Source: Naegleria gruberi
Taxonomy: Eukaryota
Direction: 5' to 3' (one strand)
Assembly (NCBI GenBank): GCA_000004985.1
Contig: GG738847.1
DNA length: 64,000 nt
The notes under the pieces were generated by a model, which did no database searches, was not told the DNA's origin, and saw nothing but the letters and a program-made list of their open reading frames with translations. Below are positions 8,927-20,849 of the stretch, piece by piece. The position numbers and the translations under genes were made by a program. How positions within the stretch are numbered: the stretch's first letter is position 1; each line of letters begins with the position of its first letter.

Positions 8927-11900
8927 ATGGAAAACGATGAAGAAATTGTTCTTCCTTCTAGCAATGACATCTTTCAAAAGATGCTCGAAGAAGAGCTTAG
9001 AAAAGAGGAAGAAAGGATGAAGAATAAATCACAAAAACCAAAAATTTCATCAAACAATTCAGATAAACTATTGAGGCCCCCTTCAGCCTCAACATCTCTC
9101 AATCCTCCACCAGCAAACATATCACCAACAGCATCTGTAGAATTATCAAACTTCCTTATATCAAGCAAAAACATCAATAACTTTATTTCTGATGCACCTC
9201 CTGTAAACATCCCAACCGAAGAAAATAATAACAGCGAAATATCATCACCAACATCTGAAACAATCAAGACTTCTTCATCAACTGTTAAAGAGGAAAAAAA
9301 TAGCAAACCATCAACTCCGGCATCTGATATCAAAGTAGGTACTGTGCCAAAGAAACAAAATCCGATCAACAAACCAAGCCCACAAAATGAACTGAACAAA
9401 TCAATACCAATTCCCGAAAATAATTTAAATGGAGACTCAGCATCTTCATCTCAAGATTCTACAACTCTATTTGAAACCTTGTTGAAGGAAGAATTGGAAC
9501 GATCAAAACAACAATCGGAAGGAGGAGAAGATAAACCTGCTTGGGCAAAGAAAGTAGACGAATTGGATGAATTAATCACAAAATTCAAAACAAAGGATAC
9601 AAACGATAGCATTTTTCAAGATAGTGGTAAGTTTTAATTTTGAACAAATATTACAAAATAATTGATAGAAACTGAATTGACACAAACCCTAAATAATAGA
9701 CACCCAAATATTTTAGAAAAAGGAGTAGAAACCCTATTTCACTATGTTAATAGATACCAAAATGTTCAGAACTCGGCAGAAAAGTTTATCAACCTACTGG
9801 TTGATAAAGGTCTCTCATCAAAGAGCTCCGTGCAACAAAAATCAACGGATATTATCCTATTATATTTTGAAACTTGTGATCCAGCAGCTATTCTTACAGT
9901 TCTCAAAGCATTTTTCAGTAGTAAGAAAGCAAAGGTTCGTTCTCAATGCATTGGAATTGTAAAGTCAGCCGTACAATGTTTTGGTTTTCCCACCATTCCA
10001 CCTAAAATGATTCTTCAAAGTTTACCTACTATTCTTGAAGATGCCAGCTCAAGAGAAGAGTCCCATAAGCTTGCAATAGAAACTTTTAAATGGCTTGGAT
10101 ACGAAACAGTAGAGCCACATCTTAAAGATGTCAAAGGAAGTAAATTAAAAGCACTTAAAGATGAATACGATCTATTACAGGACAAGTCACCTAAACCAAC
10201 CAGATTTTCAAGACTGGCAAGCGTTTATAACTCAACAGCCAGTATTAAGAATTTGGTTACTGCTGCATCAGAAGAGCTGAAAGCTAAACGAGAAATTATA
10301 GACCTTAACGATAAAATAAGAAAGGATTGGTATGATGATGTTACTAACGCCAAGTGGATTATTAAGAGAGATGCTCTTAAAGAGCTCAAACAACTCTTGG
10401 AAACGTTCAATATTAAGAAAGCCGACTATTCTGAAATATTATCTCAGATTAATGTAATTATTCAAAGAGAGAAAAATGTAGTTGTTGTGAAGGAAAGTAT
10501 TGAATGCTTAAGTGCATTCTCTAAAGCCTTAAAAACAGATTTTACATCATCAGCAAAGCCATTTTACGAACGATTACTTACAAAACTGAAAGAAAAAAAT
10601 CTTTCTGATTCGACTATAGAGTGTTTAGTTTCATTTGATGTTAGTTCATTTCCCTTTACAGATATGTTGGAAACTATTTTCTCTGCAATGAACAACAAGA
10701 CAGCCTCTACCTCTGAGAAACTTCAAATATTTACATTCATCGACAAATGCTTCCAAAACAAGAAGAAGAAGGATTTAGAAAAGGCTTTAAAAAATTTGGT
10801 TAATAATTTGCTTTCGTTTTGTGAAGATGCAAGTTCAGAGGTTAGAGATTTGTGTTGCAAAACTTTGGCAAGATTATTATTTATTATTGGGGACACTGAT
10901 TATACAAATTTATTCCTTAAACTCGACTCTTACATGAAGGAAAAGATTGTTCAATATCTGGAATCGTATGGATCACCTCCTTCTGATGGTGTTGGAAAAA
11001 AACTTTCTCAATCCATAGAAAAGAAGACAGCACCTGCAAATATTCCAAAGACAACTAGCTCAGTCACACTTAGGCCTAGCTCAAGAGCAGATACTAACCC
11101 AGTTAGATCTAGTACATCATCTCTCGCTAAGAAGCCTTCTTCGAAGCCATTAGTATCAAAGTCAATATCCCTTAAAAAAACGGAATCAATTCAAAGTTTA
11201 TCTAGTTCTGATGTTATTGAGGAAGCCAATAATTTGTTTGGAGGAAATATTGTTGAACAACTAGCCAACAGTAATTGGAATGATAGAATGCTCTCATTGA
11301 ATCATATTGAATCTGTAATTAGTAGTCTCGACAAGAATGACCTTCAAACAAAGCATGAACACATTATTTCATTATTCCAATACAAACCAGGTACTAAAGA
11401 GTCTAATGCCAAGGTTTTGGAAAAGATATTCGAAATAATAGAACGTGTTCTCTCCTCAACAGAGGGAAAGTTATCAGAGGTTAATATACCACCAACACTT
11501 CAGTGGATGATTGAAAAATTAGCTACACCTAAAGTTGATATAATTATTCAGAAAGCTATGAAGAAAGTGTGCGAGTCAATTAATCCACAATTTGTTTTTA
11601 ATAAGATTTCAGAAACTTTGACTGACAAAATGCCTCCAAAATTGATTGGATCAGTTTTGGAATGGTTAGGAGAGGTTATTACTGAATTCAGTATTGCTTG
11701 CTTTAATAGTTCGGAATTAATTGAATTTTCTAAAAAATATCTTGGGAATAGTAATCCAATTATTAAGAAAGGATGCATCAAAATGTTATGTTCCATGAAG
11801 TTGTTCATGGGAGAGGGCTTGTTGAACTTTTTGGGAGATGTTAAACCAGCTCTTCTAGACATGGTAAAAAAGGATTTTTCAAAAGTTGATTCTAAACCTC

Positions 11901-14524
11901 CTGAACCAACAAGAAAAGTAAAGGGAGAACAACTTAAAGTCAGTAGTGCAATGTATGACACACTTCCAAGATGTGACATTTTACCAAAACTTCACCCAAA
12001 GATTTATCACAGTATGGAAGATAAGAATTGGATGACAAGACTTGAAGCAATTCAAACTGTAGAAAAAATTATCGTAAATGATGCCCACAAAAGAATTTTA
12101 CCAAACATTCTTGAACTGATACATGCATTGAGACAAAGATTGGAAGACAATAATAACAAAGTAGTGATATCTACACTTTTATTGATTGACCTGATCTCAG
12201 AGGCAGTTGGCCCAGAAATGGAAAAGTTTATCAAGATTCTCCTTCCCAGTGTTATTTCGAAATCTATGCACAATAACAAGGCAGTGAGGACATGTGCACT
12301 AGAATCTTTGGAGAAATATTTAAATATAGTTCAGTTTGAGAGTATGCTCAAAATATTCCCTAAATCCATAGCAAGCGACAAAGGAAACCCTGAAGGCAAG
12401 AAGGAAATTATTGAATTTATGCACAAACATATAGTAGAAATGAAAAATAAGAATGTGGATTTATTTACTCCTCTGGTGAAGCCAATACTCGATTACTTAA
12501 CAAAGGCTGGTTCAGATACAAGGAAATTAGCAGAGGCAATATTGGGTGAAATTATTTCTAATGGAGGATATGACTTTGTCTTTAAGAGAATTAGAGAACT
12601 CAAAGCTGCCCATCAAAAAGGTTTCTCACTTCTTCTTCAAAAGTATGCCCCTTCTACTGAGGTGGAATCTCAACCTCCACCTGTTACTCAATCCCTCACA
12701 CTACCAACAACACCTTCCAACTCTATCAGAGGTGATAAGAAAATTACTCTAAGAGATGTTAGTAAATCTCTTAGTGTGGATACTAGACAGACAGAGGAAG
12801 AAGAGGGGTCAAAAGTGCCAAAGACTGTCAAAAAACGGGCCAATATCTCAAAGACTTTGGCAACCTCACCAAACAAATCTCCATCACCCTCCTCACCAAA
12901 GACAAAACCTATTACAAACACCTTTGTTCCAAAATTACAATTCTCCACAGGCATTACAGGCATTGCAACTGTTGACGAATACAAGTTAGATTTGGATAAG
13001 ATTGAAGTGAATCATGACTCTCCAGTAGAAGCAGAAACACCAATGCATGATGTGTACAATTCAGCAAATGGCCCAATGCCAGGAAATATTACACCAAGGA
13101 TGCCAGAGCGATCTCCAGTAAGAGATAATAAGAAGGAAGAGTTAATATCTGGTCATTCTATTGGAGAGCTAGTAAAGGCAATCAATACAAACGACCATGG
13201 ATCTGAGATAGCCATCAATGCTCTGAAGACCCTAGTCTCCATGTTTAAAGATGAGTCTTGCAGACCGGCTATTTTATCATACCTTAAAGAATTGGTCGAG
13301 TCCCTAACAGACAATACGCAGTACTCTTTTGAGAAGGCATCTGCTGGTTTAGTCTCTACAAGAATATGTAAATATCTCCTTTCAACACTTATGCAACTTT
13401 TTAGTAATAGACAAATGGCTGCTTTTGTACCACAAGAGACACTACAAAGAATGATCGACCAACTACTGAGCAGACTGTTGGACGAAAGATTACCTAGTCT
13501 CGACTATGGACAGGAATTATTAAGAGGGTTGAACTCTTTAATGTTGAAAGTTTTGGAAAATTCAAATCGAACCTATTCCTATACCTCACTGATTCACTTG
13601 TTAGAATATTCATATGCAAATACTTCGTTGAAAAAATATACTGAGCTAGTTGTCAAGTGCTTGATCAAATTAACAAAAGCACTCGCTGCAACTATTGACA
13701 GAGTTGATGTTGATATTTTGTTGATGGATCTTCACAGCTTCTTAACTCATAACCCACCAACATTCTTCAAGGACAGGAATGATCTACCACTTAGAACCAT
13801 TAAAACCATCCTTAACGAACTTGTGAAGGTTAAAGGAGAAACTATCAGATCATGTCTTGGACTTATCCCTACCCACAAAAATCCACTAATTATTTCATAT
13901 ATTGAATTGATGGTAAACTCTGCTCAAACAACAGTTTCTTCCAGTACAAACTCACAAGCAACTGTTCCATCCACTACTACCCCTAATATTACAGCACAAA
14001 CGATAAGCAAACCTCCAAGAAATAGTGTTACAGCCAGTCAAATTCAGCAAGCATACCCTCTTCAACAACCATCCACTGTTTCAAATGAAAAGATAGTACA
14101 GGATGAACTCACTGATATTTTCAACTTGATAAGTAATAAGGATAGTACTCATACTGGTCTATACAGACTATATGAATTCAAAAAGAACCATCCAAGTGTT
14201 GGTATCAATAACCACTTGTTAAAATGTAGTGAACCTTTCCAACAATACATTCATAGACAATTGGCCAAGATTGCACAATATGAATCCTCAAAGCAAGAGA
14301 GCTTTGCAGCATCATCCCACAGAGCCCAATCACCAGCATCAAGGCAGAGACAGGCAACAGCAATTACCTCTGTTGACGATATCAGAAGACAATTGAAACT
14401 TCATCAACAAGAATCCAAACAAAAGAATATGGGAAGGTCTTTGACAGTCTCTGACCTAAAGAAGAGAATTCAAAACATTGAAGAAAAGCTTTCTTCTACA
14501 GACAATGAGACCACAGAAGAATAA
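8927..14524 (+). CDS. TOG/HEAT-repeat microtubule-associated protein of the XMAP215/Dis1/CKAP5 family, about 1850 aa. Exons are 8927..9626 and 9669..14524.
   Basis: Exon 1 (a low-complexity 233-aa N-terminal extension) ends at a GTAAGT donor in phase 1, and the acceptor at 9667-9668 restores the frame of ORF 9662..14524. The region ...FGFPTIPPKMILQSLPTILEDASSREESHKLAIETFKWLG...LKALKDEYDLLQDKSPKPTRF parallels the XMAP215 TOG1 motifs (VVPPKRILKMLPELFDH...LTLELCRWIG). Multiple HEAT-like repeats follow, and the middle region is S/T/P-rich and disordered. Confidence 0.6.
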
Positions 14525-14584
14525 ACTACTGAGAATCCACCTTTATTAACAAACAAATCCACTATTCCATTAACACTTTAAAAA

Positions 14585-16060
14585 ATGAAAAGACTTAAAT
14601 CCTCTCTACTCACAAAATCGTCTAAAAAATCGAGTTATTGTTTATTGGAGAATAGAAGCAAACCAAACAAAATTCATGTAATTGGTGGTGTATTACGATT
14701 CCAGTCTATTGATAATAAGAAAACCAATTCCGAACATGATATTGATAAAATCGTTGTAAAACAACATGTTTCATGGTTTGCCCGTGGTGAGAATAATAAG
14801 CTTTCAAAATTAAATATCGAACAAGTGAGAAATATTGATAATATTAAACAAGACAATAACCATCAATCAATAACATTGAACAATCAATCAAAATTTAATT
14901 ATTTATTCAATCATTGGAAGAAGAGAATGATCAGTGTTTTTCTACCAAAGAATTATCCACTCTCAGTCTCTAGTAATTATATTAATTATTGTAAATGGCA
15001 AGCATTGCAATATACAGCTGGAAGTTTTTCAGGAGTATTAACAATGCAATCATTATTGCATGCAGCCGGAATAACCTCACAATTGGCATTAGGAGGAAAT
15101 GAGTACTTTCTTGCTTTTTTAGGAGGTGCTTTAGCTTGGGTAATTAAAGATGGACTTGGTCAATTAGGAGGTATATTATTTGCAAGTAAGGTCAATACTA
15201 ATTTTGATGCAGATCCAAAATTTTGGAGAATGGGAGGAGAATATGCTCTCGTAGCAAGTGCGTTATTAGAAGTAACCACACCAATTACTGGACCATCCTG
15301 GTTTATTGCTCAAGCCAGTTTGGCAAATATTGGAAAGAATGTAAGCTGTTTTGCAGCTAGTGCAACTAGAGCTGCCATGAATCAGTCATTTGCCAAATCT
15401 GACAATTTGGCTGATGTGACTGCTAAGGCAACAAGTCAAGCCCTGGCTTGCTCTCTAATTGGTACTACTTTGGGAATTTTTGTGAGTTCTGCACTTTCAC
15501 TTGGAACTCAATTCGTGTTTGCAAAAGTGTTTCCAATATTTTGCGTACTTTCTGTGATTCAATTATTTTCATTGTACAAGGCTGTTTCAAATGTAAAACT
15601 GAAAGTTTTGAATAAGCAAAGATTTTTGATAGCTTGCTCTCAATACTTGAAGGATAGAGCTGTTTTGGATCCATCAAAGGTTTCTGAAAGAGAAAAATTT
15701 GTTTTGCCATTTTTGGATTCCTATCAGAGCAAAGTGAAAATCAATACAAATATTAAGCAAATTGAGAGTTTAGTTCAAAATTATCATTACAAACAATTGA
15801 TATCAAACAGATTCACAATTATTCAAGATAAGGATTTCATTCATGTATTGTTTGAGGAAAAGGCTCAAACAATGGATGTATTCAAGGCCATGTTTATTGT
15901 TACCAAGATTTTGAGTTCAAATGAAGAAACTGTAAATCATAATAATTTGAATGTTGAACTAGAAACCTTCATGCTCTTGATGAAAGATCAAGGATGGTCC
16001 GTAGACCACGATTTTGTTGAAGATAACAGCCACATGAGAATCTCAATCAAGACTGAATAA
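14585..16060 (+). CDS. DUF647/RUS-family (root UVB sensitive / C16orf58-like) membrane protein of 491 aa.
   Basis: Single ORF with AAAAATG context. The central block YTAGSFSGVLTMQSLLHAAGI...LGGALAWVIKDGLGQLGGILFASK...WRMGGEYALVASALLEVTTP is characteristic of DUF647 proteins. This was recognised by eye only. Confidence 0.45.
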   Translation: MKRLKSSLLTKSSKKSSYCLLENRSKPNKIHVIGGVLRFQSIDNKKTNSEHDIDKIVVKQHVSWFARGENNKLSKLNIEQVRNIDNIKQDNNHQSITLNNQSKFNYLFNHWKKRMISVFLPKNYPLSVSSNYINYCKWQALQYTAGSFSGVLTMQSLLHAAGITSQLALGGNEYFLAFLGGALAWVIKDGLGQLGGILFASKVNTNFDADPKFWRMGGEYALVASALLEVTTPITGPSWFIAQASLANIGKNVSCFAASATRAAMNQSFAKSDNLADVTAKATSQALACSLIGTTLGIFVSSALSLGTQFVFAKVFPIFCVLSVIQLFSLYKAVSNVKLKVLNKQRFLIACSQYLKDRAVLDPSKVSEREKFVLPFLDSYQSKVKINTNIKQIESLVQNYHYKQLISNRFTIIQDKDFIHVLFEEKAQTMDVFKAMFIVTKILSSNEETVNHNNLNVELETFMLLMKDQGWSVDHDFVEDNSHMRISIKTE

Positions 16061-16128
16061 AGTTCTTAACTGAAACATTGATTTTGGTTTAAATTGGTTT
16101 CAAGAATTTATTCACCATAACTTGATAT

Positions 16129-17259
16129 TTAAAAACCACTGGAACCAATTACTTGACCAGTTAAAACCTTTAAACGTTGGAAAAAGTTGGTCTCCCACCC
16201 ACTTTGTACCTTTTCCTTAACGAAATAACCATTAGAATCCTTGTATGGAATACCAACCTGGTCAAGCTTTACGATAGTTTCACCACCTCCTCTATTTTCA
16301 AATGAAATTGTCACAGTGGAATAGTCATTTTCTGGCCAATCTTCAAATCGCCACTTTTGTACAATCTTTTCATTTGGAATAAACTCGATAAATTCACCTC
16401 TAACCTTTCCACCAAAGAGGGAGAATTTACCTCCAGCTCTCTTGTCACTCTCAGCCCGACTTTGAGTGTAATGAGAAATAATATTTGGTTCAGTGAGCAT
16501 TTCAAAAATCTTTGGAAGTGGTGCTCCAACAAATCTTTCAGTAATGTGAATTTCAACCTTCTTCTTTTGATCTTCCTTAACATGAGCACCTCCAATTCCA
16601 ACAATAGATTCAGTTACATTTCTATTACTAGTGGATCCTGATTCAGATAAATTATTTGAACTATTAACTTTCTTTACAATTTCTTGCTCTTGTTGTTCCC
16701 AGAGTTGATATTTTTCTCTAATGTTGGCTCCATCTCTGAGAGTAAGCAAAAACTTATTCACAATTGTTTTGATTGTTTCCAATCCTTTAGTTCTGAGTGT
16801 TTCCTTTATGACTTTATGTTCATTCTTCTTGCAACTAGTGTCCAAATCTACATTAATTTCAAAACTTTCTCCTTGATCAATTTCTTGAGAGAGATAAGGG
16901 ATTTTAATTTTACCCTTTGCCACAATACACTTTTCGGAATCAGTATCAGACAAATCAGAGGCTTCTCCCAATAGAATATAACCACTCCATCCAATTTCAA
17001 CATCCAACTCAAAGATTGAAATTAGTTTACGTTTACGATTCATTACAGAGGCTTCACCTTTTACATGGCTAACAGTTGTTGTGGTAATCTTCATATTACC
17101 TTCAGAGTAACATTCAACCTTCTTCAGGAGTGATTTTAATTGATCCTTACACCAAGGTAAGACATCTTCATCAGTCCAATGCCATCTTCCGACATTTCTA
17201 CCAGTCACACCAAGGTCGTTTACAATCCATCTATCATCACCTTCACCTTCCTTTGCCAT
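16129..17259 (-). CDS. AHSA1: Aha1, the activator of Hsp90 ATPase (376 aa).
   Basis: The N-terminal Aha1 domain is present (RWIVNDLGVTGRNVGRWHWTDEDVLPWCKDQLKSLL..., NNWHW-type motif). The C-terminal AHSA1/SRPBCC domain is also present (KFSLFGGKVRGEFIEFIPNEKIVQKWRFEDWPENDYSTVTISFE). It is a single exon. Confidence 0.8.
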   Translation of the reverse strand: MAKEGEGDDRWIVNDLGVTGRNVGRWHWTDEDVLPWCKDQLKSLLKKVECYSEGNMKITTTTVSHVKGEASVMNRKRKLISIFELDVEIGWSGYILLGEASDLSDTDSEKCIVAKGKIKIPYLSQEIDQGESFEINVDLDTSCKKNEHKVIKETLRTKGLETIKTIVNKFLLTLRDGANIREKYQLWEQQEQEIVKKVNSSNNLSESGSTSNRNVTESIVGIGGAHVKEDQKKKVEIHITERFVGAPLPKIFEMLTEPNIISHYTQSRAESDKRAGGKFSLFGGKVRGEFIEFIPNEKIVQKWRFEDWPENDYSTVTISFENRGGGETIVKLDQVGIPYKDSNGYFVKEKVQSGWETNFFQRLKVLTGQVIGSSGF

Positions 17260-17375
17260 CTTTCTTTTACTATTATAATACTATAATAATTATTACTATT
17301 TTCTATTCCTTTAGGTTGTATTCTCTTTCAACTATTTGGCGTAGCACGGAATGTCTCCACTTGTTGATGCTGAGC

Positions 17376-17401
17376 GAAAATTTGAGAAATTTTTTTCGGA
17401 A
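17376..17401. promoter_or_regulatory. Degenerate heat-shock-element-like array (GAAaaTTTgaGAAatTTTtttcGGAA), about 120-145 bp upstream of the Aha1 ATG.
   Basis: Alternating GAA and TTT(C) units at the 2-nt spacing of nGAAnnTTCn. Aha1 is an Hsp90 co-chaperone that is heat-inducible in other eukaryotes. The match is imperfect (TTT instead of TTC). Confidence 0.2.
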
Positions 17402-17662
17402 TGTGTTTGGCATTTTTTCATCAAACTTCCTTTCATCTTATCTTGCAGCAAATTCCGATATTGTCATCATCAACATATCCCGAAAATTAATCATGATGTT
17501 GAGAGAGTGAAGACAACAAAGCGTTGAGAGAAATAACTATTGAAATAAATACACAACATAATATTGTAAACAAAATACAAATAATAATAAAATTTAATAT
17601 TAGGATATATTAAATAATGGGAGAACTTGGTTGAATAATTTTGAAAGTGTAACACTGAGAAA

Positions 17663-18834
17663 TTACTTTGGCGTAAAGAAATAAACCAACCACACTGCAA
17701 CACCTCCAACAATAACAGTAATAATACTAACAGCCAACATGATTAGACAAATCTTTGTCGATTGATTTGCCAACTTGTTTGCCTTCTCAGTTCTCTCATT
17801 CAAATTCTTCAATCTCTCCAATTCATTATCAACCTTATCCCCAATATTTTCCAATAACTTGTTCTGTTCATCCAATTCAGATCCAATATCATCAGTGATG
17901 TGTTTGAGTTTTTCAATCTTTTTAGAGAAGGCATCCAAACCTTGATCCATTTGCTTCTTATACATTTGTACTTGAGTTAAACTCTCCTCAATATTAATTC
18001 GAGGTAAATTACCATAATCACGAGCATCTTGTGGTAAATCTTCCTCATTGAGTAGGAATTCAGAGATGAGTGGTTTGGATTGTGATGGAGTATTGTCTTC
18101 TTCATTGATGGAGAAGAGTTCCTTTCTTTTGGATGCTTCCTTAGAGTCGAGAGGTTCACCTCCATTTTCAAATCTTCGTTTATCGAGCTTTTCAACTTGT
18201 GTGACGTGAAGATTTAAGAGTTTGAGGTCTTCTTGTTGTTGGGCTAATTCTCTTGGATCTGCTTGTTTTCCAAAGAATTTTTTCTTTTCAAAAGGATTTA
18301 CAAATGGTTTTGTAATGAAATTGTGTGATTCGAATAAATTAAATATATAATTTTAGAAAGAAATAATTTACCTTGGCAGCGTTTTTGTGAATAGATTCCA
18401 AATGTTGATAATCCTTTCTCAGATATCGTAACATTTTCTTGATATTCTGATTCAATTTAATAACACGTGTATTATTCTTATTCTTTTTCATGGCCTCATC
18501 TCTTTCATTGATTTTCTATTTGTTATAACCATCACAATAACATTATCCGAATATTAACGAACATTTTTTACATCATTACCATCAGTATTAGAAATGTTTC
18601 GAATATAAACATGAAAATTTCTCTTCAATATAAAACTTGTAACGATGAAAAATAACGTACTTCTCTTGTCAAGTCTAATTTTCTAACCAATAAAATCTTG
18701 TTAGCTTCAAATACATTCTTTCTAGTTTCATCATCCAATTGATCTTTAATTTGTAATTCCTTTCCTCCAGTTTCTTCATAGACTTTCATGAGTCTACGCA
18801 TAGAATCCAAAACGATCGCATTTCCTGATGCCAT
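17663..18834 (-). CDS. Syntaxin-6/8-like Qc t-SNARE with a C-terminal transmembrane anchor, about 312 aa. Exons are 18661..18834, 18372..18515 and 17663..18283.
   Basis: The SNARE heptad region DDIGSELDEQNKLLENIGDKVDNELERLKNLNERTEKA is followed by a TM helix (ICLIMLAVSIITVIVGGVAVWLVYFF). Two introns (GTACGT...AG of 145 nt, GTAAAT...AG of 88 nt) join three in-frame exons. The ORF track shows only the last 100 codons because no start codon lies upstream in that exon. Confidence 0.55.
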
Positions 18835-19040
18835 TTTTTTAATAAAATTAATTGAGTGATGACATTGAATTTGTCAAGAACAGATTTTTTAACATTAACT
18901 GCAATAAGGCTGCTGATTGAATTTGAAACTATTCTACAAGCAATAATATCAATCACCACGCAAATGTTGATCATTTCAAATAAGAAGAATATCCAGAAAA
19001 AAATCGAAATTAAAAAAAAATAAAAAATCGCTTGATTTTG

Positions 19041-20849
19041 ATGGTGCTGATTCTCGATTTGATATCAAACTCTTTCACGAATAATCATCTGCAGCAATGG
19101 GTTGATTATATTGATGAAAAAAAGATGCTCTCTCATATGGAACTGCAAGCTATTCATCATTTGCTTCAGATGACCTATCGGAATGTTCATGATTTGAGTC
19201 TTTTTAAATTGTTATTGGATGATTATCCTTCATTGATACAATTATTGGACCGTTTGGTGCGAAAATCAGAGTGGCTAGCTCCACTTACAAAGCCTGTAAT
19301 ATCTATGATTTATTTAATATTATACAAGACTTTGTTGGAGAGTGGAGAATTTTCGGATAAGCAGAGGATTATTAATACATGTTTGATGTTGTTGAGGAAT
19401 TGTAATAGAGTGAGAGGTGGAAATAATGGTGAGACTGAATTTGAAATGATGGGAGAAATTAATAATGAACTCATGAAGAATACTCGAGGAGAACAATTTG
19501 AAAAGATATTTTCAAATATGATTAATGAAAGATGTTTTGATATGATTAATAATAATTTTGGATTGGGGATTGAATTGCATATTAATTTTGCAAGATTATG
19601 TTTAGGTTTTTTGGCAATTATGAAAAATGTTACCATTTCTTCACTGATGGAGTATTACTTGAACGAGATGATTTGTAGATTTGATTGGGCGGCTGATAGT
19701 GAAATAATCAATGAATTCAGTATGGAAATTCTTGAATCTAAAATAGTTGCACCACAAAAGAAAGCTATCATTTTACTTAGTAGTGAATCAGTGCTTGTTG
19801 ACAAGTTCTCAAATTGTTTGAATTATTTACTGAAAAATCCATTCAAATCTCCAGAGCTACATGATGATTCAAAACTAATATTGGAGGCTCTTAAAATTAG
19901 GCCATCTCTATCTATGATATTTGAAGGATTTCTCGAATTAATCTACAAGAAAACACAACATCCTAGAGTATTCTTTATTGGAAATTCAATTTTAAAAAAC
20001 CAAAGAAAAATCCCTCTAATTTCCATCCCAAAGAATGAAATGAAAGAGAAAATTGATATTCTCAATCGTACAATTCATAACAAGTGGATTACACACCAGT
20101 ACAAATGCTTCCACATGTTTGTAACGAGCACTGCCAATATGATGTCAAATATCTCTTCAAGGAGAGGAGATGTTGGATCTCTACAATATGATGAATTCTT
20201 CTCCGTTTGCCTAAACTATGTCACCCACTTTATATTTGGGTCGGACCCAACTAAGGATTTGAATTTTTGTAAGGATTCCCTTTTAGTATTTCTTCAAGAT
20301 TTAATGGAATGTAAAGAATTTACTGAGGATCAATTTAAATTCTATCTGAATGGAGAAGAGGAAAAGCTGCAGAGCTTTCCTTTTAATTTTATTGTTCACA
20401 TTTATTTGTGTGCTGTCTTTACTAGAAATGACTCTAAACACTTTTCTTACAATAATGTTATGGATTTAGCCTTCTCAATAATGCAACCCACCCTTGAAAA
20501 TGATCAATACATTGAAATGATCTTGATATTTATTCAGTGGTTGGAACAAATAATTGAAATTTCTGGACATGACACTTTTTCACTGAGACAATTAATTGTC
20601 ATTCTGACCTACCTCAGAGTAATGTCTCATATGAACGATAAGGTTAATCAAACTGATGACTTTGAGTTGAAGGGACACTTTTCAATGCTCTTATCAAGAT
20701 TTAAATTCAAATACTTTGATAACATACAGCAATCAAATATGTTATCCAATGAAAATTTCATGTACTCACAAAACCCAACTAATAATGAGGCCAAACAATC
20801 TCTTATCAACCTCATTGCATCAACCTTTGAGAATCTTTACAATGCCTAA
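19041..20849 (+). CDS. Hypothetical protein of about 600 aa, helical, with no recognised domain.
   Basis: Long single ORF with typical codon usage. The ATG at 19041 follows an A-run, and the track start at 19032 is an alternative TTG. Confidence 0.4.
   Translation: MVLILDLISNSFTNNHLQQWVDYIDEKKMLSHMELQAIHHLLQMTYRNVHDLSLFKLLLDDYPSLIQLLDRLVRKSEWLAPLTKPVISMIYLILYKTLLESGEFSDKQRIINTCLMLLRNCNRVRGGNNGETEFEMMGEINNELMKNTRGEQFEKIFSNMINERCFDMINNNFGLGIELHINFARLCLGFLAIMKNVTISSLMEYYLNEMICRFDWAADSEIINEFSMEILESKIVAPQKKAIILLSSESVLVDKFSNCLNYLLKNPFKSPELHDDSKLILEALKIRPSLSMIFEGFLELIYKKTQHPRVFFIGNSILKNQRKIPLISIPKNEMKEKIDILNRTIHNKWITHQYKCFHMFVTSTANMMSNISSRRGDVGSLQYDEFFSVCLNYVTHFIFGSDPTKDLNFCKDSLLVFLQDLMECKEFTEDQFKFYLNGEEEKLQSFPFNFIVHIYLCAVFTRNDSKHFSYNNVMDLAFSIMQPTLENDQYIEMILIFIQWLEQIIEISGHDTFSLRQLIVILTYLRVMSHMNDKVNQTDDFELKGHFSMLLSRFKFKYFDNIQQSNMLSNENFMYSQNPTNNEAKQSLINLIASTFENLYNA

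Noticed and set aside
17130-17712. ORFs 17130..17510 (+) and 17491..17712 (-) lie in the Aha1/syntaxin intergenic region.
   Set aside because: They lie in an AT-rich promoter/3' UTR spacer, are Tyr/Ile/Phe/Asn-rich with no domain and have no A-run start context. They are probably non-coding.
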